Shown piece after piece: positions 38,297-48,788 of a stretch of DNA of 64,000 bases. How positions within the stretch are numbered: position 1 is the stretch's first letter; the number at the start of each line of letters is the position of its first letter. The notes under the pieces are model-generated. The model was not told where the DNA came from, searched no databases, and saw only the letters and a list, made by a program, of their open reading frames with translations. The translations under genes were made by a program, and so were the position numbers. Source of the DNA: a virus; IMG/VR virus record IMGVR_UViG_3300020420_000873, positions 6,982-70,981 of that record. One strand, 5' to 3'.

Positions 38297-40276
38297 TTAC
38301 ATATAACTTACTAAAACCTTGGCACTTCCTTGTGATGATGAACCAATGTTTAAATAAGCATTAATAGTTGCGTCTGAGCCGGTAGTGTATTGATATGCTG
38401 GCTGTATAGCATAGGTACCTGTTGATGTTAAGTCTATGTCGTTGTTTGTTACAAGTCTATCTGCGTCTCCTGAATCACCTACTGTAAGTGTTGCGTTGGC
38501 ATCATCAAATGCCTGTGTAACTTCAATTGACACTAGTGTAACTCTTGAACCATCTGAAACTGTTCCAACTGCGGTAGTACCTGAACCGCCGGCTTGTGTT
38601 ACAGTTGCTGAAAGTGTGTTTGCGTCTGTGTTCGCAGAATCTTCGTCTGCAAGTAACTGCCATTGTCCGCCACTGTAAACAAAGAAACCATATTCGCCAT
38701 TGCCGGTATCTATCACAAATACTGTGTCACCGACTGTAGCCGATAGAGCATTTCTGGCAGTTATGTCTGCCACAACTGTTGTTCCACCACCTCCTGCAAC
38801 AATACCTTGTTCTACTGTTACTGCTAATGGTGGTCGACCGTTGTGTACTGAATATATTCCTAAATCATTTAATGGTGTTCCTGTTGTTTCATCTAACAAT
38901 ATTTCTCCACCATCTGTTCTTGTTAATTTTATAAAAGCACCAGATGACGCACCTGTTGATAAAGGCCAACCTGATCCTGATGATGCACCTGCTACAGGAT
39001 TACCTTGTCCGTCATTACCTGTGTTGACGATTGTAATTGCACCACCTGATGAATTTGTTAATACAACGTTTGTTCCTGATTTACTTGCTGTAATGTTTGT
39101 CGGACCTGCCGCATTAACATCTGCAATAATATCATCAGCAATACCAACTGCAATACCATAAGTCGCTTGACCTGATGTTGTTGTTGAGAAAGTCACTGCC
39201 GTTCCATTGATTGTAATTGAACCACCTGGATATATACCAACTAGTCCGTATGCTAAACTTTCTGTTGCTGTAGTTGCCGTCGATGGTGACGGTGAACTTG
39301 ATGCTGTTACACCATGTGTTGATGTACTACCATTGATATCTGATATTGTTTGTGTTAAATTACCACCAGTAAATGTAACTGCTGTTTCATTAATTTCTAA
39401 TACATCACTTGCTGTTGTTGTAGGATCTACTTGAGTTCCTGTGATTGATGAAGGAACAGCATCTGCTATTTTTAAAAACTGCACCTTGCCTGAAGATGAA
39501 TTAGTTGTTAATCCACCTGCTGTTGAATTATCTGTGTAAATAAAATCTCCCACTGATCCAGGTATAGCAGGATTAAAGTCAATAATTCTTGTGTTTGGTC
39601 TCATCATAAATTGGTTTGGTCCTGGACCTGGATTAGTTACAGTACCAATTGTTTTATTTGCTGATGCTGTTGTTGTTTTTGCAAAACCTGATGCTGTAAT
39701 TGATATAACATCTCCCACACTAAATCCATGTGATGTTTGATCTAATACATAATGCATTTGTGGATTCAAATATTGAAATCTTGAGTTAATGTTTTGATAA
39801 AATGTGCTACTTGTAATTGATGCAGGTACTGGATCAATCATTGGGTGACCGTTTTCATTAAGTTGAAATATCACTGACGGACCTGTACTAAAAATACCGT
39901 TACCTGATGTTGATCTAAATGTATTGTATCTTAACCAATCTTCGACAACCATTGTTACTGATGTTGTTGATTTCGCTGATATAGAAATAACTCTACAGCA
40001 TATACCTGTTGTTGCTTCTGCGATCCAATCGCCAACTTGCACGTCAAGTCCATTATATTCAAAATCTTTTCTTGTTAAGTGTGAACCATGGTTCTGTGTT
40101 GTAACTGTTACAGTAACATTCCATCTGTAATATTTTGGGTTCGAACCACTTGACCACCATTTGTCACCTAGTCCATCATTGTGTGGCCATTGTGCGTTGT
40201 TACTGATCGAATCAGTTGTGCAACTTAAAACTTTTGCTGGTTTGTTTACGTCTATAAAATTGGTTTTGTAGGCCAT
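38297..40276 (-). CDS. Virion structural protein
   Basis: Thr/Gly/Ser-rich beta-type sequence, repeated IN(E/G)TAVTF, next to the fibre gene. Confidence 0.75.
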   Translation of the reverse strand: MAYKTNFIDVNKPAKVLSCTTDSISNNAQWPHNDGLGDKWWSSGSNPKYYRWNVTVTVTTQNHGSHLTRKDFEYNGLDVQVGDWIAEATTGICCRVISISAKSTTSVTMVVEDWLRYNTFRSTSGNGIFSTGPSVIFQLNENGHPMIDPVPASITSSTFYQNINSRFQYLNPQMHYVLDQTSHGFSVGDVISITASGFAKTTTASANKTIGTVTNPGPGPNQFMMRPNTRIIDFNPAIPGSVGDFIYTDNSTAGGLTTNSSSGKVQFLKIADAVPSSITGTQVDPTTTASDVLEINETAVTFTGGNLTQTISDINGSTSTHGVTASSSPSPSTATTATESLAYGLVGIYPGGSITINGTAVTFSTTTSGQATYGIAVGIADDIIADVNAAGPTNITASKSGTNVVLTNSSGGAITIVNTGNDGQGNPVAGASSGSGWPLSTGASSGAFIKLTRTDGGEILLDETTGTPLNDLGIYSVHNGRPPLAVTVEQGIVAGGGGTTVVADITARNALSATVGDTVFVIDTGNGEYGFFVYSGGQWQLLADEDSANTDANTLSATVTQAGGSGTTAVGTVSDGSRVTLVSIEVTQAFDDANATLTVGDSGDADRLVTNNDIDLTSTGTYAIQPAYQYTTGSDATINAYLNIGSSSQGSAKVLVSYM

Positions 40277-40279
40277 CTA

Positions 40280-43200
40280 TTAGCCTCCCATAACCAAGTG
40301 TACCCATGTATGAGTAACCGTACCAAATGATCTTGATGCACCTGCATCACCTTCTGCCGCTTTGATCTTCATTGAACTAAAAGATCCAAATGCAGTTGGT
40401 GATCCTGATGATCCTCCACCTGGTATTTCTCTCAACGTAATATCTTTGTTTAATGGTGTAACATTATATTTGTTTGCTGAATAGTTGTAACCATATAATG
40501 TAACACTTCCTGGTGGATAATTATAACCTGTAAAGTTAATTGTTATGTCACCGCCTGCCGCTGAATCAATTGATACACTTGATATACCTGATGTTTTGTC
40601 TGTTATGCTTGATAATTGACCATTTGTTGCATAGTTAATTTTAAATCTTTGGATATCAGTTCCACCACCACCTGATATAGTTGTAAACGATAACTGTCCT
40701 GAACCATTTGTTACAAGTGCTTGACCGTTTGTACCATCTGTGATTGCCGCCGGCGATGCCGTAGCAAATACTGGTAAGTGTCCTGAAGCATCTGGTAAGT
40801 TGATTGTGTTGTCTGCTGTTGGATCAACTGCTTGAAGTTTTGTTTCATTTGTATCTGCTGTTGAACCTTCAAAAGCAATACTTGTGATACTGTTGATGTT
40901 TGGATCTAAACTTAATGATAATGCAAATGACGCCGCGTCAACATTAATCTGTCCTGATGTACCTAATACTTGTAATGTTTCTGAAGCAAGTGTAACACTA
41001 CCTGTACCTGTGTTACCTGCTGTGTTAAGTGTGCCACCACCTGTTGCATCTGTTTTCCATTTGAATGAAGTTGATGAATGATCGTAGTATAATACCTTGC
41101 CATCATCTGATGCCGCAACTGCGTCTACATTTGATAATGATGTTAAACTTTGTCCTGTTATGTTTGTTAGGTATCCCGCTGATGCATGGTTACCCCAACC
41201 ATATGCTGTATCCCAATTTGATGAGTTTGCAAGTTGACTGTTGTTTGCTAGTTTAATCCAGTTACCGCCATGTGCAAAATATCCTGCTCCAGTGCCGTGT
41301 ACGTGAGCAAACATACCATGGTATGTTGATGCATTTGGTAAGTCACCTTCTGCACTGTAAACATTTGAGTATAAAATTTTTCCTGTTGTAGTAATGTTGT
41401 TACTACCCATGTTAAGGTTGGTACCTTGTACGGCACTAATTGCTCTTGCATTTGTAAAGTATTCATTTGATCCTTCAGCAACATCATCTGTTGTTAATGA
41501 ATCCCAACTTAACTGTCCAGCACCATTTGTTTTTAAATATTGATTTGCTGAACCATCTGCTTGTGGCCATTTTTGACCATCAAGTATGATATCACCTGTG
41601 TTGTGTGGAGTAATTGTGATGTTACCATTTGATGCTGTAGTTGTTATACCTAAGTTACCTGCCGCTGATAAGTTTGGTGATGAACCTGTTGTTGTTACTG
41701 ATCCAACTGTTAACTCATCAGTTGTTTTGTTGTATGTAAATCCTGAGTCACCAGCAAATGAACCACCATCATTAAATTGAACTTGTGTATTTGATCCACC
41801 TGGTGTTCCGCCGCCACCTGACTGTGCCACCCAAGCATAGTCTGAGCCATTCCAACTTAACACATATCCTGATGTTGGATTTGATTGATTCAAGTGTGAA
41901 TCAATTGCACCATTTAATCCTGCTGTTGTTTGATAACCAGCACTGCCATGATCACCCCAACCATATGCTGTATCCCATTGACCAACTTTTGTGTCAGTGA
42001 TAACATTTGTACCCATGTCAATTGTGTTACCATTGGCATCTAATGTGCCGCCTAACTGTGGAGTAGTGTCTTCTACAACATTGTTGATTGATACTGCTTG
42101 TACTCTTGCGTCAGTGTAGTATAAATTAGTTGAACCTTCTGACAATGCATCTGTGTCTGCTGGAGAAGTATCATTGCCTGGTACCCAAGCACTACCGCTC
42201 CATTTTAAAACCTGTCCTGATGATACACCTGATGTATTAACATCTGATAGTGCATTGATACTTGCCGCGGCAATACGTGCATCTGCTCTTGCATTTGTGA
42301 AGTATAAGTTTGTTACTTCTGGTATGTCTGCTGTATTAACTTGTCCGCCACCTGTACCAAAATCAATCATTGTGTCTGTGATTGAATCTGCCGCTGGTGT
42401 AAATGAAATATTAGTTATCTGTGAACCATCCACTGCTGGTATTTTTGCTGAACCATCTAATTGTAAAATTTTGTTTGCTGTTGTTCCAACATCAACGTTT
42501 AGTGTTTGTGTGTGGTCACCTGCTGTTGTATCTTGTGTTCCTGTTAAACCTGTGCCTGCTGTGATGTTAACTCTTGTAATATCACCTGAGCCTGCCGCTG
42601 ATGGAATAAACGCCGAACCATCCCATGCCAACACTTGTCCTATTGCGACACCTGACGTGCTAACATCTGTTAATGCATCGATCGATGACGCACCAATACG
42701 TGCATCTGCTCTGGCATCTGCTCTTGCATTTGTAAAGTATAAGTTTGTTCCTTCTGCTAAATTTGTTGTTGATTTAGTTCCTAGTCTTGTATCGAAATCT
42801 GAATTGAAAGTTGAATAAACTGTATCTGTATCATTTGCTGGTGCCCATGCACTGCCGTTCCATTTTAAAACCTGTCCTGATGTAGCACCTGTGTTAACAT
42901 CAGATATATCAGTTAATGATGCCGCACCAATACGTGCATCTGCTCTTGCATTTGTAAAGTATAGGTTTGATCCTTCTGATACATCACCTGTGTCTTTACT
43001 TGCTAATCTTGTATCAAAGTCTGTGTTATCAAATGCATCTGTGATTCCGTAACCAGCTATTGTAGTTGGCTTGCCTGTTAGTGAAGCAAATGATTGTGCC
43101 GGTACTGATGTCAAGTAACCTGGATCTGCAACAAATTCTAATGCGTTAGAACCTGCGTTAACTTTTACGAATCTACTTGCCGCACCTGAGAAGTTTGCTG

Positions 43201-45166
43201 GTGTATCTGATAAACCTGTGAACGTTGCCGATCCACCTCCACCTGAAGCATCATCTGCCATTTCCCAGTTACCAGATGAACTGTTGTATTTTAGAATCTT
43301 GTCATTTGCTATACCTGTTGTGTCAACGTCTGTCAAAGCACCAATACTTGCCGCCGCTATTCTGGCATCTGCTCTCGCATTTGTGAAGTATAAGTTTGTT
43401 TGTTCTGGTATGTCTGCTGTTGATACTTGATCAGCACCTGTACCAAAATCAATCATTGTGTCTTTGATCGAATCTGCCGCAATTGATGTTAAGTATCCTG
43501 CCGCACCATGGTCTCCCCAACCATATGCTGTATCCCAGTTTGCTTTGCCTAATGCGTTTACCCTAGCATTGACTCTTGCATCTGTATAATATAAGTTTGT
43601 GCCTTCTGCTAAATTTGTTGTTGATTTAGTTGCTAATCTATTATCAAAATCTGTATCTGTATAACCTGCGTTAGTTACCCAAGCATAATCTGAACCATTC
43701 CAACTTAATACATAACCTGCTGTTGGATTTGATTGATTTAAATGTGTGTCTACATCTGAATTTGTGTAACCAGCTGGCATGTTTGTAAGTGCCGAACCAT
43801 CTACTGCTGGTAGTTTTGCTGAACCATCTAGCTGTACAATTTTACCTGCACTTGTTCCAACATCAACGTTTAGTGTTGCTGAACCTGATGTTGCACCGCC
43901 TGTTAAACCTGTGCCGGCAACAACTGCTGTAATGTCTCCTGCACCTGTGCTTGATGGTGCCCAATATGAATTTGCATTATCCCATGCAAGTACTTGTCCA
44001 TCTGTTGGAGCCGCTGTGTGTACGTTTGATAAAGCACTTAACTGTGCCGCACTAATACGTCCATCTGCTCTTGCATTTGTGAAATATAAATTTGTACCTT
44101 CTGGTAAGTTGGTTGTTGATTTTGTTGCCAACCTATTATCAAATGTGGTATTGAAATCTGCTGTTGCTAGTTTTGTTGCAATTGAATTTGTTATTGTTGT
44201 TGAAAAGTTTGCATCATCACCTAGCGCCGCCGCTAATTCGTTTAATGTATCTAATGCTCCTGGAGCCGAATCAACAAGTGCATCAATTTTTAATTGTGCT
44301 CTTGCATCTGCTCTAGCATCTGTATAATATAAATTTGTTCCTTCAGCAACGTCTGTTGTATTTAAAACATCAAACTCAACTGCACTTTCACCTGAATTAA
44401 CTCTTAAGTATTTTCCTGCGTCACCTGTGAAGTTTGCTGGAGTATCTGATAAGCCAACGAATGTTGCAGAACCACCTCCGCCTCCACCGCTGTTATCTGT
44501 ACCAACTTCCCAATTTGTTGTTGATGAATTATATTTTAAAACTGATCCATTTACTGCACCTGAAGTATCTACATCACCAATATTTGCAATTGAATCAATT
44601 GCTCCTGCCACTGATGCTCTACCATAAAAATAATCTGCATAAATGTTTAACCATTTGTATGAGTTTGAACCTAATGAATATGTGCTGTCTGTATCTGGTA
44701 AAACGTTAGCATTATTTTTAACTGTGAACGAATCAATTTCTGCTTTTGAATAAACTGATAGATTTGATCTTGCTGTTGCTAATGATGTTACTGATGCTAA
44801 ATTATCTGACTTTCTTAAAAAGTCTGATGCCGCAACACCACCTAATTTACCTGCATCAACATTTGCTGAAACTAGTTGAAAAGTTAAATCGTTTGTGTTT
44901 GCTGTTACACTAATACCACTTGCCGCATTGGCTATTAATGATTTTAGCTGTAGGTTATCGCCTGATTTTGACGTAAATAAACCAGAACCTGTACCTAGAT
45001 TTAATGCTGTTGTATCGTTTGATGCTGTGATTGTAATGTTATTAGCATCTGCTGTTAATGTTACATTTGTACCGCCTACAAGTGATTTAAACTGTAGATC
45101 ATCACCTACTTTTTGTGCAAAAATCCCTTGCCCTGTACCTAAATTTGACGCCGTGTTATCAGACAT
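40280..45166 (-). CDS. Repeat-rich fibre protein (1628 aa)
   Basis: Nine NLY(F/Y)T(N/D)AR-type repeats, GQVL(K/A)W repeats, APGALDTLNELAAALGDD fibre motif. Confidence 0.85.
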   Translation of the reverse strand: MSDNTASNLGTGQGIFAQKVGDDLQFKSLVGGTNVTLTADANNITITASNDTTALNLGTGSGLFTSKSGDNLQLKSLIANAASGISVTANTNDLTFQLVSANVDAGKLGGVAASDFLRKSDNLASVTSLATARSNLSVYSKAEIDSFTVKNNANVLPDTDSTYSLGSNSYKWLNIYADYFYGRASVAGAIDSIANIGDVDTSGAVNGSVLKYNSSTTNWEVGTDNSGGGGGGSATFVGLSDTPANFTGDAGKYLRVNSGESAVEFDVLNTTDVAEGTNLYYTDARADARAQLKIDALVDSAPGALDTLNELAAALGDDANFSTTITNSIATKLATADFNTTFDNRLATKSTTNLPEGTNLYFTNARADGRISAAQLSALSNVHTAAPTDGQVLAWDNANSYWAPSSTGAGDITAVVAGTGLTGGATSGSATLNVDVGTSAGKIVQLDGSAKLPAVDGSALTNMPAGYTNSDVDTHLNQSNPTAGYVLSWNGSDYAWVTNAGYTDTDFDNRLATKSTTNLAEGTNLYYTDARVNARVNALGKANWDTAYGWGDHGAAGYLTSIAADSIKDTMIDFGTGADQVSTADIPEQTNLYFTNARADARIAAASIGALTDVDTTGIANDKILKYNSSSGNWEMADDASGGGGSATFTGLSDTPANFSGAASRFVKVNAGSNALEFVADPGYLTSVPAQSFASLTGKPTTIAGYGITDAFDNTDFDTRLASKDTGDVSEGSNLYFTNARADARIGAASLTDISDVNTGATSGQVLKWNGSAWAPANDTDTVYSTFNSDFDTRLGTKSTTNLAEGTNLYFTNARADARADARIGASSIDALTDVSTSGVAIGQVLAWDGSAFIPSAAGSGDITRVNITAGTGLTGTQDTTAGDHTQTLNVDVGTTANKILQLDGSAKIPAVDGSQITNISFTPAADSITDTMIDFGTGGGQVNTADIPEVTNLYFTNARADARIAAASINALSDVNTSGVSSGQVLKWSGSAWVPGNDTSPADTDALSEGSTNLYYTDARVQAVSINNVVEDTTPQLGGTLDANGNTIDMGTNVITDTKVGQWDTAYGWGDHGSAGYQTTAGLNGAIDSHLNQSNPTSGYVLSWNGSDYAWVAQSGGGGTPGGSNTQVQFNDGGSFAGDSGFTYNKTTDELTVGSVTTTGSSPNLSAAGNLGITTTASNGNITITPHNTGDIILDGQKWPQADGSANQYLKTNGAGQLSWDSLTTDDVAEGSNEYFTNARAISAVQGTNLNMGSNNITTTGKILYSNVYSAEGDLPNASTYHGMFAHVHGTGAGYFAHGGNWIKLANNSQLANSSNWDTAYGWGNHASAGYLTNITGQSLTSLSNVDAVAASDDGKVLYYDHSSTSFKWKTDATGGGTLNTAGNTGTGSVTLASETLQVLGTSGQINVDAASFALSLSLDPNINSITSIAFEGSTADTNETKLQAVDPTADNTINLPDASGHLPVFATASPAAITDGTNGQALVTNGSGQLSFTTISGGGGTDIQRFKINYATNGQLSSITDKTSGISSVSIDSAAGGDITINFTGYNYPPGSVTLYGYNYSANKYNVTPLNKDITLREIPGGGSSGSPTAFGSFSSMKIKAAEGDAGASRSFGTVTHTWVHLVMGG

Positions 45167-45223
45167 ATTTTATCATACCCTTTACAAATATTTGTATTAT
45201 ATGTATTTATTATCAAACTGGAA

Positions 45224-45601
45224 TTAGTGGTTCAAAAGAATTGAAGCAACTGCACCAGCTGAGGCATTAAAAACTAATGCTTTAATATAAACATAGTTGC
45301 CAGTAAATGTGTATGCTGTAGTGCCTGTGTATGTAGTAAATGATTGTGCATTTGATCCATTTAATGGTATTCTAAACCAATCATTTGCTGTAGGTGTTGT
45401 TGCTAACGTGGCTTCAAGTGCAAATGACCCTGTAAATCCACTACCTTTAAAAGCAACTGTATGTAATCCATCAGCAAAACCATAATATGAGTCTGCTGGT
45501 ATATTCGCTGAAGTTATACTTGTTCCTGTATAACTCCATGGCAAGGAAATTGAATTTCCTGCACTATCTTTTGTTAACATTTGTATACTGGTTCTCGACA
45601 T
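45224..45601 (-). CDS. Small beta-rich virion protein
   Basis: GLHTVAF..FTG...LEATL..W..FTGNYVYIKA; late box upstream. Confidence 0.65.
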   Translation of the reverse strand: MSRTSIQMLTKDSAGNSISLPWSYTGTSITSANIPADSYYGFADGLHTVAFKGSGFTGSFALEATLATTPTANDWFRIPLNGSNAQSFTTYTGTTAYTFTGNYVYIKALVFNASAGAVASILLNH

Positions 45602-45612
45602 AATAAACTTAT

Positions 45613-47472
45613 TTATCCAAAGGTTATACCACTGTCCACAATAACACCACCTTCTATTGTTATCAAAGCTGATGCATCATTGACTGTTAGTGCGAATGAT
45701 CTGTCTTCATATTCAAAGCTGTTTGTTGATCTAACAACAAAATTATATGTGCCACTTGCATTTGAATCAGGAGTACCAGATAATATTCCGCCACTGTTTA
45801 AAGACATCGTTCCAGGTATACTGCCAGACTGAATCGCGTGTGAAACAGAATGTAATTGTTCAGTTGCTCCATTTCTAAATGTAGCTGACAAATCAAAACT
45901 ACCACTCACTTCTTCATTCAATGGTGCAAGAGAACCACTGGCAGTTGCCCAAGTAATTGTATAATCTTGATATGGTTGATACGCACGATTACGATTAGTT
46001 AATCCTGCTCCCCAGTCAGTGATTGCATTGTCAATGTCTCCATCACCTAGAAGAAATGTTTGTGCCGAAATTTGATTTGCTTTTGTTGTTACTGCACCAT
46101 ATGTTGATGCATCTCTATCAAAATAACATGCAACTTGACCTGCCACCTGTGGTGACGCCATAGATGTGCCTTGCAATTTTCTCAAATAATATCCAGTTGA
46201 TCCTATTTGCACTGCTGAACCAGAATTAATATATGCACTCTGTATTGCCACCCCTGGTGCCCATATTGTTAATGGTTCACCATAGTTTGAAAAAGATGCT
46301 TTTGCTAAACTAGAGTCGTGTGCTTGTACTGAAATGTCATGCCTTGTTGTTGTGCCTGATTCTATCCAAGCATTTGATGGAGATTGCCCATTGTTGGTTG
46401 CTTGAAAATACATTGTTCTGTTGAAACTTCCGCCCGGAGGTGCACCCGGTGTTCCTGATCTTGGTCCTGTGCCATGAACATTTGGATCATGTGCTGAAGC
46501 ATCTTCTTTGTAAATTTTTTCACCACCACCATATCCCATGTCATTGCCACTATCATAAAAATACCAATAACCTGAATTCCATCCTGTTTCAGTAGAATCA
46601 TAAACTCTTTCATTATCATTACCAGCAGATGCAACAACCACTATACCTGCATTGTTCATATTTTTAATCAGTGTGTCGTATGAACTTGATCTTGTCATGT
46701 GATATTGACTGCTTGGAATATTACTTGGATCCCATGCCGCTGTAGTAATAAAGTATGATGGATGGTTTGGTGGATAATAAGTTGATGTTGCCCAACTCAT
46801 GTTTACCACTGTTGGTCTACCTGTGCCTTTTGAATTGTGCCACGATGTGATGTATCCCATCGAACTTGCTGAGTATCCATAACTTACACTACCTAAGTTT
46901 GTTGTGAAAACATAAATTTGTGCATCTCTGGCCCATCCTTGTGTTCTACCTGCCACTGTGCCTGCAACATGTGTGCCGTGTCCATTTGAATCTGTGTAAA
47001 AACTTGCTCCTTGTGTTCCACCCCAATTTATTTGATTTATTCTCGATGATGAATTTGAAGCAAGATCATTAAACTCGGGGTGTCCTACAACAATACCTGT
47101 GTCCATTATAACACAATCAACATTTGCCCCTGTGTTTGAATATGTAAAGTTTGTTGACAATGTAGTACTGCTCTGTGTCATTTGTGCAAGACCCCAATTA
47201 TGATGTGATGCATTGTTTGTCCAGGAAGTGTTTGGATCAATTGTAGCTGTGCCTTGCTCTTTGAATCTTAATTTCTTTTCATACTCTTCACTGTTTGCTC
47301 CGGCCACTTTTTCTGATTTCAACCACTTGTCAAACACATCTCTTGATTCCATTTCTACCCAAATAATTTCAGGAATAGAAGCGTCAGTGATTGTGACTCC
47401 ATCAGCTTCAAGTTCAATGATTAGCTGTTCTTTTGTAATAATATCTAAGTTAGGTACAATTAGTGCTTTCAT
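45613..47472 (-). CDS. S8 subtilisin-like protease with C-terminal Ig-like domain
   Basis: MDTGI, GHGTHVAG, SAGND, GTSMASP; GSIPG..L...G.LSGTP. Confidence 0.92.
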   Translation of the reverse strand: MKALIVPNLDIITKEQLIIELEADGVTITDASIPEIIWVEMESRDVFDKWLKSEKVAGANSEEYEKKLRFKEQGTATIDPNTSWTNNASHHNWGLAQMTQSSTTLSTNFTYSNTGANVDCVIMDTGIVVGHPEFNDLASNSSSRINQINWGGTQGASFYTDSNGHGTHVAGTVAGRTQGWARDAQIYVFTTNLGSVSYGYSASSMGYITSWHNSKGTGRPTVVNMSWATSTYYPPNHPSYFITTAAWDPSNIPSSQYHMTRSSSYDTLIKNMNNAGIVVVASAGNDNERVYDSTETGWNSGYWYFYDSGNDMGYGGGEKIYKEDASAHDPNVHGTGPRSGTPGAPPGGSFNRTMYFQATNNGQSPSNAWIESGTTTRHDISVQAHDSSLAKASFSNYGEPLTIWAPGVAIQSAYINSGSAVQIGSTGYYLRKLQGTSMASPQVAGQVACYFDRDASTYGAVTTKANQISAQTFLLGDGDIDNAITDWGAGLTNRNRAYQPYQDYTITWATASGSLAPLNEEVSGSFDLSATFRNGATEQLHSVSHAIQSGSIPGTMSLNSGGILSGTPDSNASGTYNFVVRSTNSFEYEDRSFALTVNDASALITIEGGVIVDSGITFG

Positions 47473-47481
47473 GTGTTAATC

Positions 47482-47537
47482 CTACTATATGACACCTTAA
47501 AACAGGATTAAGACGCCATTATATAGTAGTATTTATA
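47482..47537 (-). promoter_or_regulatory. TATAAATA late box followed by a leader hairpin over the S8 RBS
   Basis: TATAAATA at 47530-37; hairpin 47482-47529 with three GU pairs on the minus strand. Confidence 0.6.
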
Positions 47538-47552
47538 AATTAATTCAGTCAT

Positions 47553-47582
47553 AAAAAAAGGGCGACATAAAGCCGCCCTTTT
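47553..47582 (-). terminator. Rho-independent terminator
   Basis: AAAAGGGCG..CGCCC followed by a U-run on the minus strand. Confidence 0.85.
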
Positions 47583-47615
47583 ATGTATTTTGTATTCTAG
47601 CTAATCAATTAATGA

Positions 47616-47924
47616 TTACGCTCTTGTTTGATCAAAGTCTGCTAAGATAGTTGTTGCCGCACCTGTTACGCCTAATGCGTTTGATGAATCTGCAACGTAT
47701 GTAATTGTGCTTTGTAAAGCAACTTGTACGTTATCTGCTTGATCGTCTGAAGTATAACCATCTACAGCCGCTACTGTGTGACCTTCTGTTTTAAGAGCTT
47801 GGATCATAGTAGTTAATTCTGCACGAGTGATGTTTGTTTTCGCAATGTTAATGATCTGTGTTCTTGGACCTAGACCATTACCGTTATCACCTGTTGGTTT
47901 ACCTGAAGTTGGACCGAATGACAT
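47616..47924 (-). CDS. Small protein, probably an abundant late/virion protein
   Basis: AAGGAG RBS, late box and 5' hairpin (about 47954-47983), own terminator. Confidence 0.75.
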   Translation of the reverse strand: MSFGPTSGKPTGDNGNGLGPRTQIINIAKTNITRAELTTMIQALKTEGHTVAAVDGYTSDDQADNVQVALQSTITYVADSSNALGVTGAATTILADFDQTRA

Positions 47925-48043
47925 AATATTGTCTCCTTAAATTTTTTTAAAACTGCAATATGACCCATATTGTTCATATCGCAATCATTACAGTTTTATT
48001 TATCCTAAAGAGGCCTGTATTATGTAATAATATATAGAATTCT

Positions 48044-48496
48044 TTAAATTAAGCCTGAAAAAGTACCTTGTTTATTAATTGTAAGGCACTGATTACGATT
48101 TTCTTCTTTTGATTTGTACGACACATGAACCCAACCACTTCTTGGATCTTTGCCATTATAAAACTCTAATATGAGTTGGTCGAAGTCTAAATTGTTTTTG
48201 ATCCATTCAGCTAGATCTCTATTGCTGATCGTTGGTACTTCAATGTCTGCGGCTTCACCAAAACAATGCTGTGATTTTTTAGAACCACCAATTGCTGTGT
48301 TTAATTTTTTACATCTGTATCCAGAATTGATCACTGTGGGACCAAATTTATCTCTAACAGGTTGCAATACTTGTTCTGCCAATGTTTGCATTTTTGCAAC
48401 AATGTCAGGATCTTTTGGTAAATTATCTATTCCTTTTCTTAATGCTGTTTGACTTTTGCAGAGTTCTGCGAGTGAAAAATTATCAGTGAGTTTCAT
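48044..48496 (-). CDS. Peptidase M15A family (probable endolysin)
   Basis: SGYRC..LN..IGG...SQH..GEAAD, WVHVS. Confidence 0.9.
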   Translation of the reverse strand: MKLTDNFSLAELCKSQTALRKGIDNLPKDPDIVAKMQTLAEQVLQPVRDKFGPTVINSGYRCKKLNTAIGGSKKSQHCFGEAADIEVPTISNRDLAEWIKNNLDFDQLILEFYNGKDPRSGWVHVSYKSKEENRNQCLTINKQGTFSGLI

Positions 48497-48788
48497 GAAC
48501 GTGCTCCTTACTATCTAACTCATACTTCGATTTAAAGTAATCGTGTGTTACATATGATGCTGTAACAAATCCTGCCGCAAATATTAAAATATAAATTATT
48601 GTGTTTTTTATATTCTTTGCAAAACCACCTTTGCCTTTGTTTTTCTTGTATGCTCTCCACATCCACCAAAAACCTGCAATGGTTAATATAATGCTGATAG
48701 CAATTACCCATGGATTGTTTGCAACTGTGGCGCCTGCGGCACCAAATATCAAGAACAATAATCCGTTAATATAACAGGCTGGACACAT
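48483..48788 (-). CDS. Small multi-TM protein, holin candidate
   Basis: Two or three TM segments, overlaps the M15 gene, N-terminal CPAC. Confidence 0.4.
   Translation of the reverse strand: MCPACYINGLLFLIFGAAGATVANNPWVIAISIILTIAGFWWMWRAYKKNKGKGGFAKNIKNTIIYILIFAAGFVTASYVTHDYFKSKYELDSKEHVHETH

Noticed and set aside
40280-45166. CRISPR array or DGR suggested by repeated GCATCTGCTCTTGCATTTGT
   Set aside because: The repeats are in-frame coding, irregularly spaced and vary at synonymous sites. No cas or reverse transcriptase gene is in the window.
38436-45227. Long plus-strand ORFs (up to 221 aa) opposite the virion genes
   Set aside because: Antisense shadows of Gly/Thr/Ala-rich codons with no RBS or motifs.
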